From Mobula hypostoma (lineage: Eukaryota): 64,000 nt of DNA. The stretch covers positions 89,840,001-89,904,000 of the forward strand of contig NC_086108.1 of the NCBI RefSeq assembly GCF_963921235.1. Direction: 5' to 3'. The notes beneath the pieces were generated by a model. The model saw only the letters and a program-made list of their open reading frames with translations. It ran no database searches and had not been told where the DNA came from. A program made the position numbers and the translations under genes. This document shows positions 51,130-62,509 of the stretch, piece after piece. Within the stretch, counting starts at the first letter, position 1; each line of letters starts with the position of its first letter.

Positions 51130-54050
51130 AAGCAATCCTAGAGACATAATGTACAGGTAACTGTTGTGTGTGGCTGTATATACATCAGATTAGCTTATGC
51201 ACACACATAAAGTAATACTAGGTGCAAGAGTGTCTGAACATAAGTGACAGTCAGGAAATGCTACAGTGGCAGATGTGTTTGTAATGGTGGTGAGACGTGT
51301 TAATGGGTGGAGATGTTGATCAGCCTGATGGCCGGTGGGAGATAATTAATTTTGAGTTTAGTGGTCCTGGTGTGGATGCTGCAGAGACTAATCCCTGACG
51401 GGAGTGGGACAAACAGTCCATAAGCAGGGTGGGAAACTTCATGATATTGCTGGCCTTTTTATTTGAAACCGTTCTGAATATACAGTATTCCTTGATGGCT
51501 GCTGTTGCTTGGGCTGTTATAGCTACCTGTTGTAGAGCCCTCCTGTCTGCTGCATTGCAGTTTCGCAACATGTCAGGATGCTCTCAACAGCACACCTGTA
51601 GAAAGTTGAGTATTGTTAATTCCGTAACACTGTAAGATATAGGAGCATAAATAGGCCATTTGGCCCATCGAATCTTCTGCGCCATTTCATCTTGGCTGAT
51701 CCATTTCCCTCTCAGCCACAATCTCCTGCCTTCTCCCTGTAACCCTTCGTACCCTGACTAATCAGGAATCTATCAACTTCTGCTTTAAATATAACCAATG
51801 ACGTGGTCTCCTGTGGCAACAAATTCCACAAATTCATTACTCTTTGGCTGGAGAAATCCCTCTGAATCTCCACTCTAAATGGTCACCCCTCAATGTTGAG
51901 GCTGTGTTCTCTGGTCATAGACTCTCCCACCATAGGAAACATCCTTTCCACATCCACTCTCCTCAGGCTTTCGACATTAATAGGTTTCAACAAGATCCAG
52001 CCTTATTCTTCTGAATTCCAGTGACTACAGTCCCAGAGCCATCAATCAGTCCTCATATGGTAACCCATTATTCCTGGAATCATTCCTGTGAACCTCCGCT
52101 AAACCCTCTCCAATGTCAGCACGTCCTTTAGATAAGAGGCCCAAAACTGCTCATAATACTCCAAGTGAGGCCTTACCAGTGCTTTATAAAGCCTCAACAT
52201 CACATCCTTGCTTTTATATTCTATTGCTCTCAAAATGAATGCTAAAATTGCATTTGTCCTCCTCACCATCTGCTCAACCTGCAAATGAACCTTTAGGAAA
52301 TCCAGCACGAAGACTATCAAGTCCCTTGCACCTCGGATTTTTGAATTTTCTCTCCCTTTAGAAAATGGCATATGCTTTTATATCTTCCACCTAAGTCCGT
52401 GACCACATGTCAACTCCTGTCTGAGTGGCGACTTGGATCTGCTCCTATTCGCCTTCCAAAGCAACAGATCTATAGCAGTTGCTATCTCATTGGCTTTTCA
52501 CACAACCCCGGAACATCTGGACAGCAAAGGTGCATATATCAGGATGCTCTTTATCGATCATAGCTCAGCATTTAACATCATCATCTCCTCAAAACTAATC
52601 TGTAAACTCTAAGACCCGGGCTTCAATACCCTCTTGTGCAATTGCATCCTGGATGTCCTCACTTGTAGACCCCAGTTCGGATTGGTAAAAACATCTCCAC
52701 CACCTCTATCAGCACCAGGAGCACCACAGGGATGTGTATGTAGCCGTCTGCTCTACTTGCTTTACACCTATGACTGTATGGCTAAGTACAGCTCCAACAC
52801 CATATTCAAGTTTGCTGATGTCACCACTGTCGTGGCTGCATCAAAGGGGGTGATGAATCAGCATACAGGAGGGTGATTGAAAATTTGGCTGAGAGGTATA
52901 ATAACAACAACACCTCTCACTCAAGGTCAATAAGACCAAGGAAGTGATTGTAGACTTCAGGAGAGGGAAACCAGAGGTCCATAAGCCAGAATCTAGTGAT
53001 TCTTGGAAGATGCCTCCACAATCTCTTCAGCCACCTCTTTCAGAACCCCGGGGTGTACACCATCCGGTTCAGGTGATTTATCTACTTTCAGACCTTTCAA
53101 TTTCCCGAGCACCTTCTCCCCAGTAATGGCAGCTTCACTCATCTGTCACTGACACCCTCAAACTTCTGGCATTCTACTAATGTCCTCCACAATGAAGACT
53201 GATGCAAAATACTTAGTTTGTTTTGCATTTCCTGGTCCCTCATTACTACCTCTACTTCATCACTTTCCAATGCTTTTGTTTCTCTTTCACTCTTTATATA
53301 TCCAAAGAAACTTTTGATATCCTTGGGTATTTTTGGCAAACTTACCTTCATATTTCATCTTTTCCATCTTTATGACTTTTTTAGTTGCCTTCTGTTGGCT
53401 TTTAAAAGCTTTCCAATCCTCTAACTTCCCACTAATTTTTGCTCTATTATATGTCCTCTTGTTGGCTCTGACTTCCCTTGGCAGCCATGGTTGCCTCACC
53501 CTCCCATGAGAATACTTCATCTTTGGGATATATCTATCCTGCACCATCTGAATTGCTCCCAGAAATTCCAGTGACTGCTGCTCTGATGTCATCCCTGCTA
53601 GTATCTCCTTCTAATCACCTTTGGCCAGCTGCTCTCTCATGCCTCTGTAATTCCCTTTACTCCACTGTAATACTAATACATCTGACTTTAGCAATTCTGC
53701 CTCCAAAGGGTTCTTTTACCTTGAGCACTCTAATCATTGCACAACACCCAATTCAGAATAGCTGATGCCCTTGTGGACTTAATCGTGAGCTGCTCTAAAA
53801 AGCCATCTTGTTGCATTCTACACATTCCCCCTCTTGGGATCCGGCAGCAACCTGATTTTCCCAATCTACCTGTATATTGAAATCTCCCATGACTATCATA
53901 TGTGCGTAATCCAGCTCGCTTCCGCCTCCACAGAAAGTAAAGGCATTGATGTGCTTTCTTGACTGTTGAGGATGTGTTCTGGGACCATTAGAGGTTGTAT
54001 GAGATATGCACTCTCAGGAGCTTGAAACTGCATGCAGTTTCCACGGCTGT
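51130..54050 (-). mobile_element. Nested cluster: Rex1 (-) containing CR1 (-, 51633-53900) containing a Rex1 fragment (+, about 52440-52985)
   Basis: Rex1 peptides on both flanks of the CR1 (AHQCLYFL near 53960; FYRC-AVESIL-type segment near 51600). CR1 ORF remnants 52099-52371 and 53139-53592. Inner GAPQGCV...FAD motif. Confidence 0.7.
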
Positions 54051-55459
54051 GCTGCAGAGTTTAAGCACTGGAGAACAAACTACATGCGCTGCACACATGC
54101 AACGCGTGTTTGAACTTTGTAATGAACAACAAGTAAGATTTCTTATACCAATTGTAATTCACTAATAAGGTAACTCAAATGAGCACTCATTTAATAACGT
54201 ACAGTAAACAATCATATTGTGGGGCTGAGGAACCTAAACTACCTTGAACTACTAGTTCTACTTGTCTCTGTAACTACAATTAAGTTCTTACACGTTGTTC
54301 TAGTTACATTATGAATACTTATGTAAGGATAATGGCTACATGATTCATGACATATAATCAGATCAGATTAATTTATTGTCATATATACAAAGAGTCAAAG
54401 ATTCAAAGTACATTTATTATAAAAGTATGTATACACATAATGTAACTTCGAAATTCATCATCCCACAGTCAGCCACAAAATAAAGGAACACCATGGAACC
54501 CGTTCAAGAAAACATCAAACTCCTAACACGTGAAAAAAAGAACAAATTGCATAAATGGCAAACAGCAAGTGAACAACTCATAGGATATCAAACATTAAAC
54601 CAGGAGTCCAGTCGCATTCAGTTTCATTCAGTTCAGGCCATGCCACTGGCCCACTGCAGGCAGCAGCTCAGTTCTTTGCTGAAGAGCCCCAGTCCGCGTT
54701 GTTTGCCCCAATCAAACTGTTCAAAAACAGCAAAAAAAAGAGCAACCAGCTTCCAGAAATATATGCTCCGTGGACAGCAAAGTCCCCCAAAACGAGTCCA
54801 TGGACTCGCCGATCAATCCTTGCAACGTGGATCCAAAGACTCCTGCACTTTCTTTTGAAAGCAGCTAGCAACGGGGAGAGAAAGATTGGTCAAAGGCAGG
54901 CGGGTGGTGTCAAACTCCTGCCAATCCTCCAGGGTGTAATCAAATTCCTTGCTCATGTTAAAATCACAGAATAAGCAGTACACATAGTTACAATAATACA
55001 ACAATAAATATGGAATAAAACAACAGAATTATGTCACTGCGAAGAAACACAAAAGGAAATGCCAAAGTGACAAATGCAGAAAAAAATGATAGAGGTCGAA
55101 ACAAGAGTCTGAGAATATTGCAGCAACAATAAAGAGGTGGTTGGTTCAGAAGTCTGATAGCAGCGTGGAACAAGCTGTTCTTGAATCTGGTTGTCTGAAC
55201 TTTCAAATCCCTGTATCTTCTTACAAGAGAGCAGACAAGAGCAAAGGGAATGGCCAGCGTGGCAGTCAACCTGGACAATACAATCAGCTTTTCAGAATCA
55301 ATGCACTGTGAAGATGGACTGAATGGAAGGAAGTGAAGATTCTGTGATGGACTGAGCATTGTTCACCACTCTCTGGAGGTTCTAACAGTACAGGGCAAAA
55401 CAGACACCATAGTCATCTGAGATGCAACCTGTCAGGGTACTTTCTGTAGTACTTTAATA

Positions 55460-57590
55460 GAACCAGAGAGGACAGGAACATTTTTAATTGGGGAGGGGCA
55501 AATTATGAGGCTATAAGGCTAGAACTTGCTGATGTGTATTGGGATGATGTTTTTGCAGGGACATGTGGTCGATGTTTAGGATGTTAGGGATAAATTTATC
55601 CCGGTGAGGCAGATAAAGAATGATAGGGTGAAGGAACCATGGGAGACAAGTGAGGTGGAAAATCTAGTCAGGTGGAAGAAGCAGCATACATGAGGTTTAG
55701 GAAGCAAGGAACAGATGGGTCTATTGAGGAATATAGGGAAGCAAGAAAGGAACGTAAGAAGGGGCTGAGGAAAGCAAAAAGGGAGCATGAGAAGGCCTTG
55801 GCAAATAGGGTAAAGGAAAACCCCAAGGCATTCTTCAATTATGTGAAAAACAAAAGGATGACAGGAGTGAAGAGATAAAGGTGGGAAGATGTGCCTGGAG
55901 GCTTTGGAAGTGAGCGAGGTCCTCAATGAATACTTCTCTTCGGTATTCAGCAATGAGAGGGAACTTGATGACAGTGAGGACAATATGAGTGAGGTTGATT
56001 TTCTGGAACATGTTGATATTAAGGGAGAGGAGGTGTTGGAGTTGTTAAAATACATTAGGACGGATAAGACCCCGGGGCCTAAGGGAAGAGATTGCTGAGC
56101 TTCTGGCTAGGATCTTTATGTCCTCATTGTCCACGGGAATGGTACCAGAGGACTGGAGGGAGGGGAATGTTGTCCCCTTGTTCAAAGAAGGTAGTAGGGA
56201 TAGTCTGGGTAATTATAGACCAGTGAGCCTTATGTCTGTCTGTGGTGGGAAAACTGTTGGAAAAGATTCTTAGAGATAGGATCTTTGGGCATTTAGAGAA
56301 TCATGGTCTGATCAGGGACAGTCAGCATGGCTTTGTGAAGGGCAGATCGTGCTTAACAAGCCTGATAGAGTTCTTTGAGGAGGTGACCAAGCATATAGAT
56401 GAGGGTAGTGCAGTGGATGTGATCTACATAGATTTTAGTAAGGCATTTGACAAGGTTCCACATGGTAGACTTATTCAGAAAGTCAGAAGGCATGGAATCC
56501 AGGCAAGTTTGGCCAGGTGGACTCAGAATTGGCTTGCCTGCAGGAAGCAGCGGGTCGTGGTGGAGGCAGTACATTCGGATTGGATGGTTGTAATTAGTGG
56601 TGTCCCACAAGGATTGGTTCTGGGACCTCTACTTTTTGTGATTTTTATTAACGACCTGGATCTGAGGGTAGAAGGGTGGGTCGGCAAGTTTGCAGACGAC
56701 ACAAAGGTTGGTGGTGTTGTGGATAGTGTAGCGGATTGTAGAAGATTGCAGAGAGACATTGATAGGATGCAGAAGTGGACTGAGAAGTAGCAGATGGAGT
56801 TCAACCCGGAGAAGTGTGAGGTGGTACACTTTGGAAGGACAAACTCCAAGGCAGAGTACAAAGTAAATGGCAGGATACTTGGTAGTGTAGAGGAGCAGAG
56901 GGATCTGGGGGTACACGTCCACAGATCTCTAAAAGCTGCCTCACAGTTAGATAGGGTAGTTAAGAAAGCTTATGGGGTGTTAGCCTTCATAAGTCGAGAG
57001 ATAGAGTTTAAGAGTTGCGAGGAAATGATGCAGCTCTATAAAACTCTGGCTAGGCCACATTTGGGGTACTGTGTCCAGTTCTGGTTGCCTCACTATAGGA
57101 AGGATGTGGAAGCATTGGAAAGGGTACAGAGGAGATTTACCAGGATGCTGCTTGGTTTAGAGAGTATGGATTACGACCAGAGATTAAGGGAGCTAGGGCT
57201 TTACTCTTTGGAGAGAAGGAGGATGAGAGGAGACATGATACAGGTGTACAAGATATTAAGAGGAATAGATAGAGTGGACAGCCAGCGCCTCATCCCCAGG
57301 GCACCACTGCTCAATACAAAAGGACATGGCTTTAAGGTAAGGGGTGGGAAGTTCAAGGGGGATATTAGAGGAAGGTTTTTTACTCGGAGAATGGTTGGTG
57401 CGTGGAATGCACTGCCTGAGTCAGTGGTGGAGGCAGATACACTAGTGAAGTTTAAGAGACTACTAGACAGGTATATGGAGGAATTTAAGGTGGGGTGTTA
57501 TATGGGAGGCAGGGTCTAAGGGTCGGCACAACATTGTGGGCTGAAGGACCTGTACTGTGCTGTACTATTCTATGTTCTATGTTCTATCTA
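55460..57590 (+). mobile_element. CR1 LINE (tether, RT, 3' end) inserted in a minus-strand Rex1 remnant (about 54960-55455 and 57590-57620)
   Basis: ORFs 56242-56790 and 56794-57519 (QHGFVKGRSCLT, GVPQG, FADDTK) and a (TTCTATG)n tail. Confidence 0.93.
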
Positions 57591-57619
57591 TAGATGTTTA
57601 AGAGAATCCTCAAAGGCAA

Positions 57620-58435
57620 GTGTGTGGTTTTGCACTTCAGTACGACAAGCCAGGGTAGGTCTTACACAGTGAATGGTAGAGCACTGAGGAGTGTGGCAGA
57701 TCAAAAGGATCTGGGAATACAGGCCTATAATTCATTAAAAGTGGCATCACTTTTATAATTCCTAGGCCTATAATTCATTAAAAGTGGACGTAGAGTCCTA
57801 AAGAAAGCCTTGGTACATTGGCCTTCATAAATCAATATATTGAGTACAGAAGATAGGATGTTAATTTGAAGTTGTATGAGACATTGGTGAAGCCTTATGT
57901 GGAGTACTGTGTGCTGTTTTGGTCACCTACCTGGAGGAGAGATGTAAACAGGTTTGAAAGAGTGCAGAGTAAATTTACAAGGATGTTGCCAGGTCTGGAG
58001 GACCTGAGTTACAAGGAAAGATTGAGAACGCTTTAGAACGTAGAAGGTTGAGAGGAGATTTGATAGAGATATACAAAATTATGAGGGGTGTAGAAAGTGT
58101 AAATGCAAGCAGGCTTTTCCCACTGATTCTGGGTGGGACTACAACTAGAGGTCATTGACTAAGGCTGAAAGGTGAGAAATTTAAGGAGAACATGAAAAGG
58201 AAACTTCTTCACTCAGAGGGTCATGGAAGTGAGGAATGAGCTGCCAACATAAGTGGCGCATGCAAGCTCTTTCTCAATATTGAAGAGCGGTTTGGATAGG
58301 TACATGGATAGTAGGGATGTGGAGGGCTATGATCCCGGTGCAGGTCAATGGGAGGAGGCAGCTTACATGTTTTTGGAGTGGACTTGATGGGCCAAAGGTC
58401 TGTTTCTGTGCTGTATTTCTCTATGACTCTATGAC
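57620..58435 (+). mobile_element. CR1 3' fragment, related to 47820-51093
   Basis: Parallel sequence to 50320-51090 (GGATCTGGGAATACAG...GTAAATGCAAGCAGGCTTTTCCC) with a CTATGACT tail. Confidence 0.85.
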
Positions 58436-58537
58436 AAACTAAATCTTCAGAAACACATAAGAAAGTATATACACTATGTATCCAGACACATATAATACAT
58501 TATGTCTATGTATGCATAACATTTGGCATATAATTTA

Positions 58538-59044
58538 AGTCATAGTCATAGTCATACTTTATTGATCCCGGGGGAAATTGGTTTTCATTATAGTTGCACC
58601 ATAAATAATAAATAGTAATAAAACCGTAAATAGTTAAATAGTAATATGTAAATTATGCTAGTAAATTATGAAATAAGTCCAGGACCAGCCTATTGGCTCA
58701 GGGTGTCTGACCCTCCAAGGGAGGAGTTGTAAAGTTTGATGGCCACAGGCAGGAATGACTTCCTATGATGTTCTGTGTTGCATCTCGGTGGAATGAGTCT
58801 CTGGCTGAATGTACTCCTGTGCCCAACTAGTACATTATGTAGTGGATGGGAGACATTGTCCAAGATGGCATGCAACTTGGACAGCATCCTCTTTTCAGAC
58901 ACCATCGTCAGAGAGTCCAGTTCCATCCCCACAACATCACCGGCCTTACGAATGAGTTTGTTGATTCTGTTGGTGTCTGCTACCCTCAGCCTGCTGCCCC
59001 AGTACACAACAGCAAACATGATAGCACTGGCCACCACAAACTCG
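58538..59044 (-). mobile_element. Rex1/Babar 3' end, same family as 36442-37419
   Basis: Near-identical C-terminal peptide (SFLPVAIKLYNSSLGGSDTLSQ) and an (ATGACT)n tail. Confidence 0.92.
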
Positions 59045-61669
59045 AGCTATATAACAAGTTATATAACAAATTTATGAAAGGTATCAAATCATAAGTATTT
59101 AAAGTAGCATTATTTACAGCAGGAAGCCGAATTGTCAAGTATTTATGTTAATATTTTTAACTAACATTTGTTCTTTTGAATTCCTATTTTTAAAAAATGG
59201 CACTGCTAAGAACTTGTATTTTTCGACTCCACATTTGAGTTGGAAGTAAGACTTCCTGCCACTGATCTTGCAATTCAGCTGTTGAAGTTTCCTACAGGCA
59301 CTTGTACATAAGTTATTTACTGTGCCTTTGTAATAAAATGCAATGCAGGTATGCAGGTGACATAATGACAAAAAGAATAGTTTCTGAAATAGCAGGTATT
59401 AAATAAGCAAGCTCCATCAATATACCAGGTTTGAAAAGAATTAGCTCTGGAATACATTTGTGTATGATTGAAACGACAATTCTGTACTATATGCTTGAAA
59501 GAATTTTCCTTGTCCAACCTTATTCAGTTCAAAATTCACATAATAACCTCAATATTCTGATATCGATACATCCACCTAGAATTGAGTTCATCCTGTTAAA
59601 CTGTTTCTGATTCAATAGTTAGTATACAACTGTGAATCGTTTAGTTTCTGGAAACATAAACCATTATCATATTTGGTGTGTGTGGTATTACATTTTTGGA
59701 TCATTTCAAAGGAAGATTGAGTGGTGGTCTCATTTAAATACAAAATCAATGAGGATTTATCGAAAAGTAGATATAAAATTCAAAATATCATCACAAGTAA
59801 ATAATTTCCTGCACCTGAAAGAACAGTTTTGAAGTTACATTGCCATAATAATGAAGATTCAATATTGCTTTCAGCAAATATAAATTTCAAGAGTTTCAGA
59901 TAACTTTAAATTTTTTAATAATTAAATTAACAGATTAGACAAGAGATTACAATGTTTATGGTAGCAACTGTAATGTATGACATGTATGTATGACATTTTG
60001 ATAAACAATTTAAGAATAATTAATAGGATTAATTTCAGTAAACTGGAAAATGCTGGAACATTCATCAGCTCAGATAGCATCTTTGGCAAGAGAAGCAGGG
60101 TTAACATTTCAGATCAAGATTCATCAGCAGAAAACAAAATGGTCTCTGATTTCAGATGTTAACCCTTATTTTTTTCTCTTCCCAAATATGGCAAGACATG
60201 TTGAGTGCTTTCAGCATTTCTATTTTTGTTTCAGGCTCTCAACATCTACATTTTTATTATATTTTCAAATATGTTAGCCATCAAAGTTTAACAGTTTCTG
60301 ATTGGCTCTCCCCTGTTCATTGTTTTCAGTGAGATGGGCCCATGGTTGTTTGAACTCATTGAATCTGCACATTTTATGGTTATCAGCAAGATGCTAGGAC
60401 TGCCACGCTCAATCCACCAACCATCTGTTCTTGATTAAATTCTTAATTGTCCTTGATTGACATTTCTCAGGGTGGAAATGGCTAATCAAAGAGGTGTCAT
60501 TTTAAGACAATTGGAGGAAAGTACAGGGGGCATGTCAGAAGTAAGTTCTTTACACAGAGAGTGGTGGATGTTGTGTACTTAATATTTCAGTAAGGTTTGA
60601 ATAATATTGTAAATATATTGTTTGATTAGCATTCTCTGTTGTTTACATAATTCATTATGGGTTATATGTAAAAGTACACAAACGGTATTATACCACCACA
60701 TCATGCATGCAGGGCCTGCTAGAAGTAAAGTATGAAGTCGACACATTATTCCTAGCTCTATTTTTCTTTCAATTGGTTTTATGTTTCAGAGTTACAAAAC
60801 ATAGTGGTGGTGAGGAAGTTGAACCCAAGACAACTACCTACTTGTTGAAGTGCAGCAAAATGTTCGAGTTAAATAAAAAGTAGTACATGGTTTCCTCAGG
60901 AAAGAAGAATTAAGTGGTGGAAAAAAGGCAGAAAACTGATGAAATTCACATGCTCGTAAGCAGTGAGTACTGGGTGATAATAATCATAATTTTTTAAAAA
61001 GTAGAAATAGCAGGCTACATTGGAAAGATAGACGCATTCAATTGCACAAGGGATAACTGGACATTGTATACTGATCATTTTGAACAGTATTTTAAAGGAA
61101 TTAGAACAGCTGATGAAAAACAAGTGCCAGTTTTGCTAAGTGCATTGGGTGGAAAGGCATACAGATTGCTTAGAAATTTGACTGTTCCAACCAAACAAGC
61201 CACAATGAGCTTTGCTGATATCATGAAAGTAATGTAGGAACATTTAGAACTGAAATCATTGTTGATTGCAGAACGCATTGGGTTTCATAAGCAGAATCAA
61301 AAGGAAGGGGGTCTATTTCAGTTTACATAGCTGAATTGAAGAGATTTTCTGAGCGTTGCCAGTTCAGTGATAGGCTATATGATGCACTGAAAGATAACTT
61401 AGTTGTGGAATCTGACAAGAAAGCATTCAAAAATGCCTCCTAACTAAAACACAGCTCATATTTAAAAGAGCAGTTGAAATCGTTATATCAATAGAAACCC
61501 ATCCAGAGACACAATTGAGTAGCAGTCAGGAATGAAAGTATGAACAAAATTTCAACATCTAAACAGAAACTACGTGGCCGAACAAATTGTGTTACCATTG
61601 TGGCTGGGGCTCACATACACCAGACCAATGCAGGTTCAAAGGCAAAGCTGCAGAAGATGCATAGAAAAT

Positions 61670-61948
61670 GCCAGATTTGGGGACAGCTTCTTTCCAACTG
61701 TGATAAGACTGCTGAACGGATCCTAACCCAGATCTGGGCCATCCCCTCCAAATATCCGGAGCTGCATATTGGTTTTTTGGACTACCTTACTTTCCATTTT
61801 TATATTTTCTGTTTATGATTTATAATTTGAATTTTTAATATTTACTATCAATTTGTAATCCAGTGAGCAGGAAGCACATAATCCAATATCACTATGATGA
61901 TTGTACGTTCTGGTATCAATTGTTTGGCGACTATAAAGTATAAAGTAT
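61670..61948 (+). mobile_element. Rex1 3' end (family of 27478-28755) inserted in Gypsy gag
   Basis: GCCAGATTTGGGGACAGCTTCTTTCCAACTGTGATAAGACTGCTGAACGGATCC is nearly identical to 28477-28530. TAAAGTA tail. Confidence 0.9.
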
Positions 61949-61960
61949 AGTAAGACACAT

Positions 61961-62509
61961 GTTGTTCGTCCATCGTTGATGTCGAAGAGGACCTCGACAC
62001 CATAATGATTGTGTCGAGACTAGCGTGTGATTTGGATTTAAGTGAGGGAGAGTTGCACAGCGTCAGCCTCACTCTCTCTTCCCAATTCCCATCTGGATCC
62101 AGTGACAAGACAGAATCTAGACAGCTGGAGATGGGACTAGGCGCAGTGGATGACCAGGACGTCTTCTGTGTCTTGTCCTGCTCTACACGTTCCACGACGC
62201 TTGCAGAGACTGCCTTCTTGACCGTTGGACCTTCCGCTGGTCTCGTCCGCTCAATCCGCCGGAGTCTGTCTTCACATGCTCCCTATCTCACTGAGGGTTT
62301 GAGACCCGTCGGCTACCCTCACCTGGTTTAGCCGGCTTGTCGAAGCTGTTGCCCGGGGTGTGGCCGCTGTTGCATGCAGACAGCTACGGGGAGCCACAGG
62401 TGAGAGCTGAGTGCCAGGTGGGGAGCAAAGGTGGACTAACCGCCCTGAAAAGGACGCGACATGTCCCCCCACCAGAGGTGCTACCCCTCCCTGACACCCC
62501 ATATAGCCC
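61961..62509 (-). mobile_element. Short non-autonomous non-LTR element (RTE/ingi-Vingi-like), 12-bp TSD
   Basis: AGTAAGACACAT is duplicated at 61949-61960 and 62510-62521. The minus-strand 3' end is ...GATGGACGAACAAC. The 5' end folds as an HDV-like ribozyme. Clade assignment is tentative. Confidence 0.75.
62316..62500 (-). ncRNA. HDV-like self-cleaving ribozyme (candidate)
   Basis: P1 GGGGUGU/ACACCCC; P2 CUCUCACCUG/CAGGUGAGGG; P3 GGC/GCC; L3 UCCCCGUA plus hairpin GCUGU..ACAGC; GG after P1' able to pair with L3 CC (P1.1); P4 region GCAACAGCUUCGACAAGC; J4/2 GGCUAA with a C at the catalytic position. Confidence 0.72.

Noticed and set aside
57721..57787. Tandem duplication of AGGCCTATAATTCATTAAAAGTGG (and the short direct repeat at about 24805-24975)
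   Set aside because: Ordinary slippage or repair scars with no sign of function.
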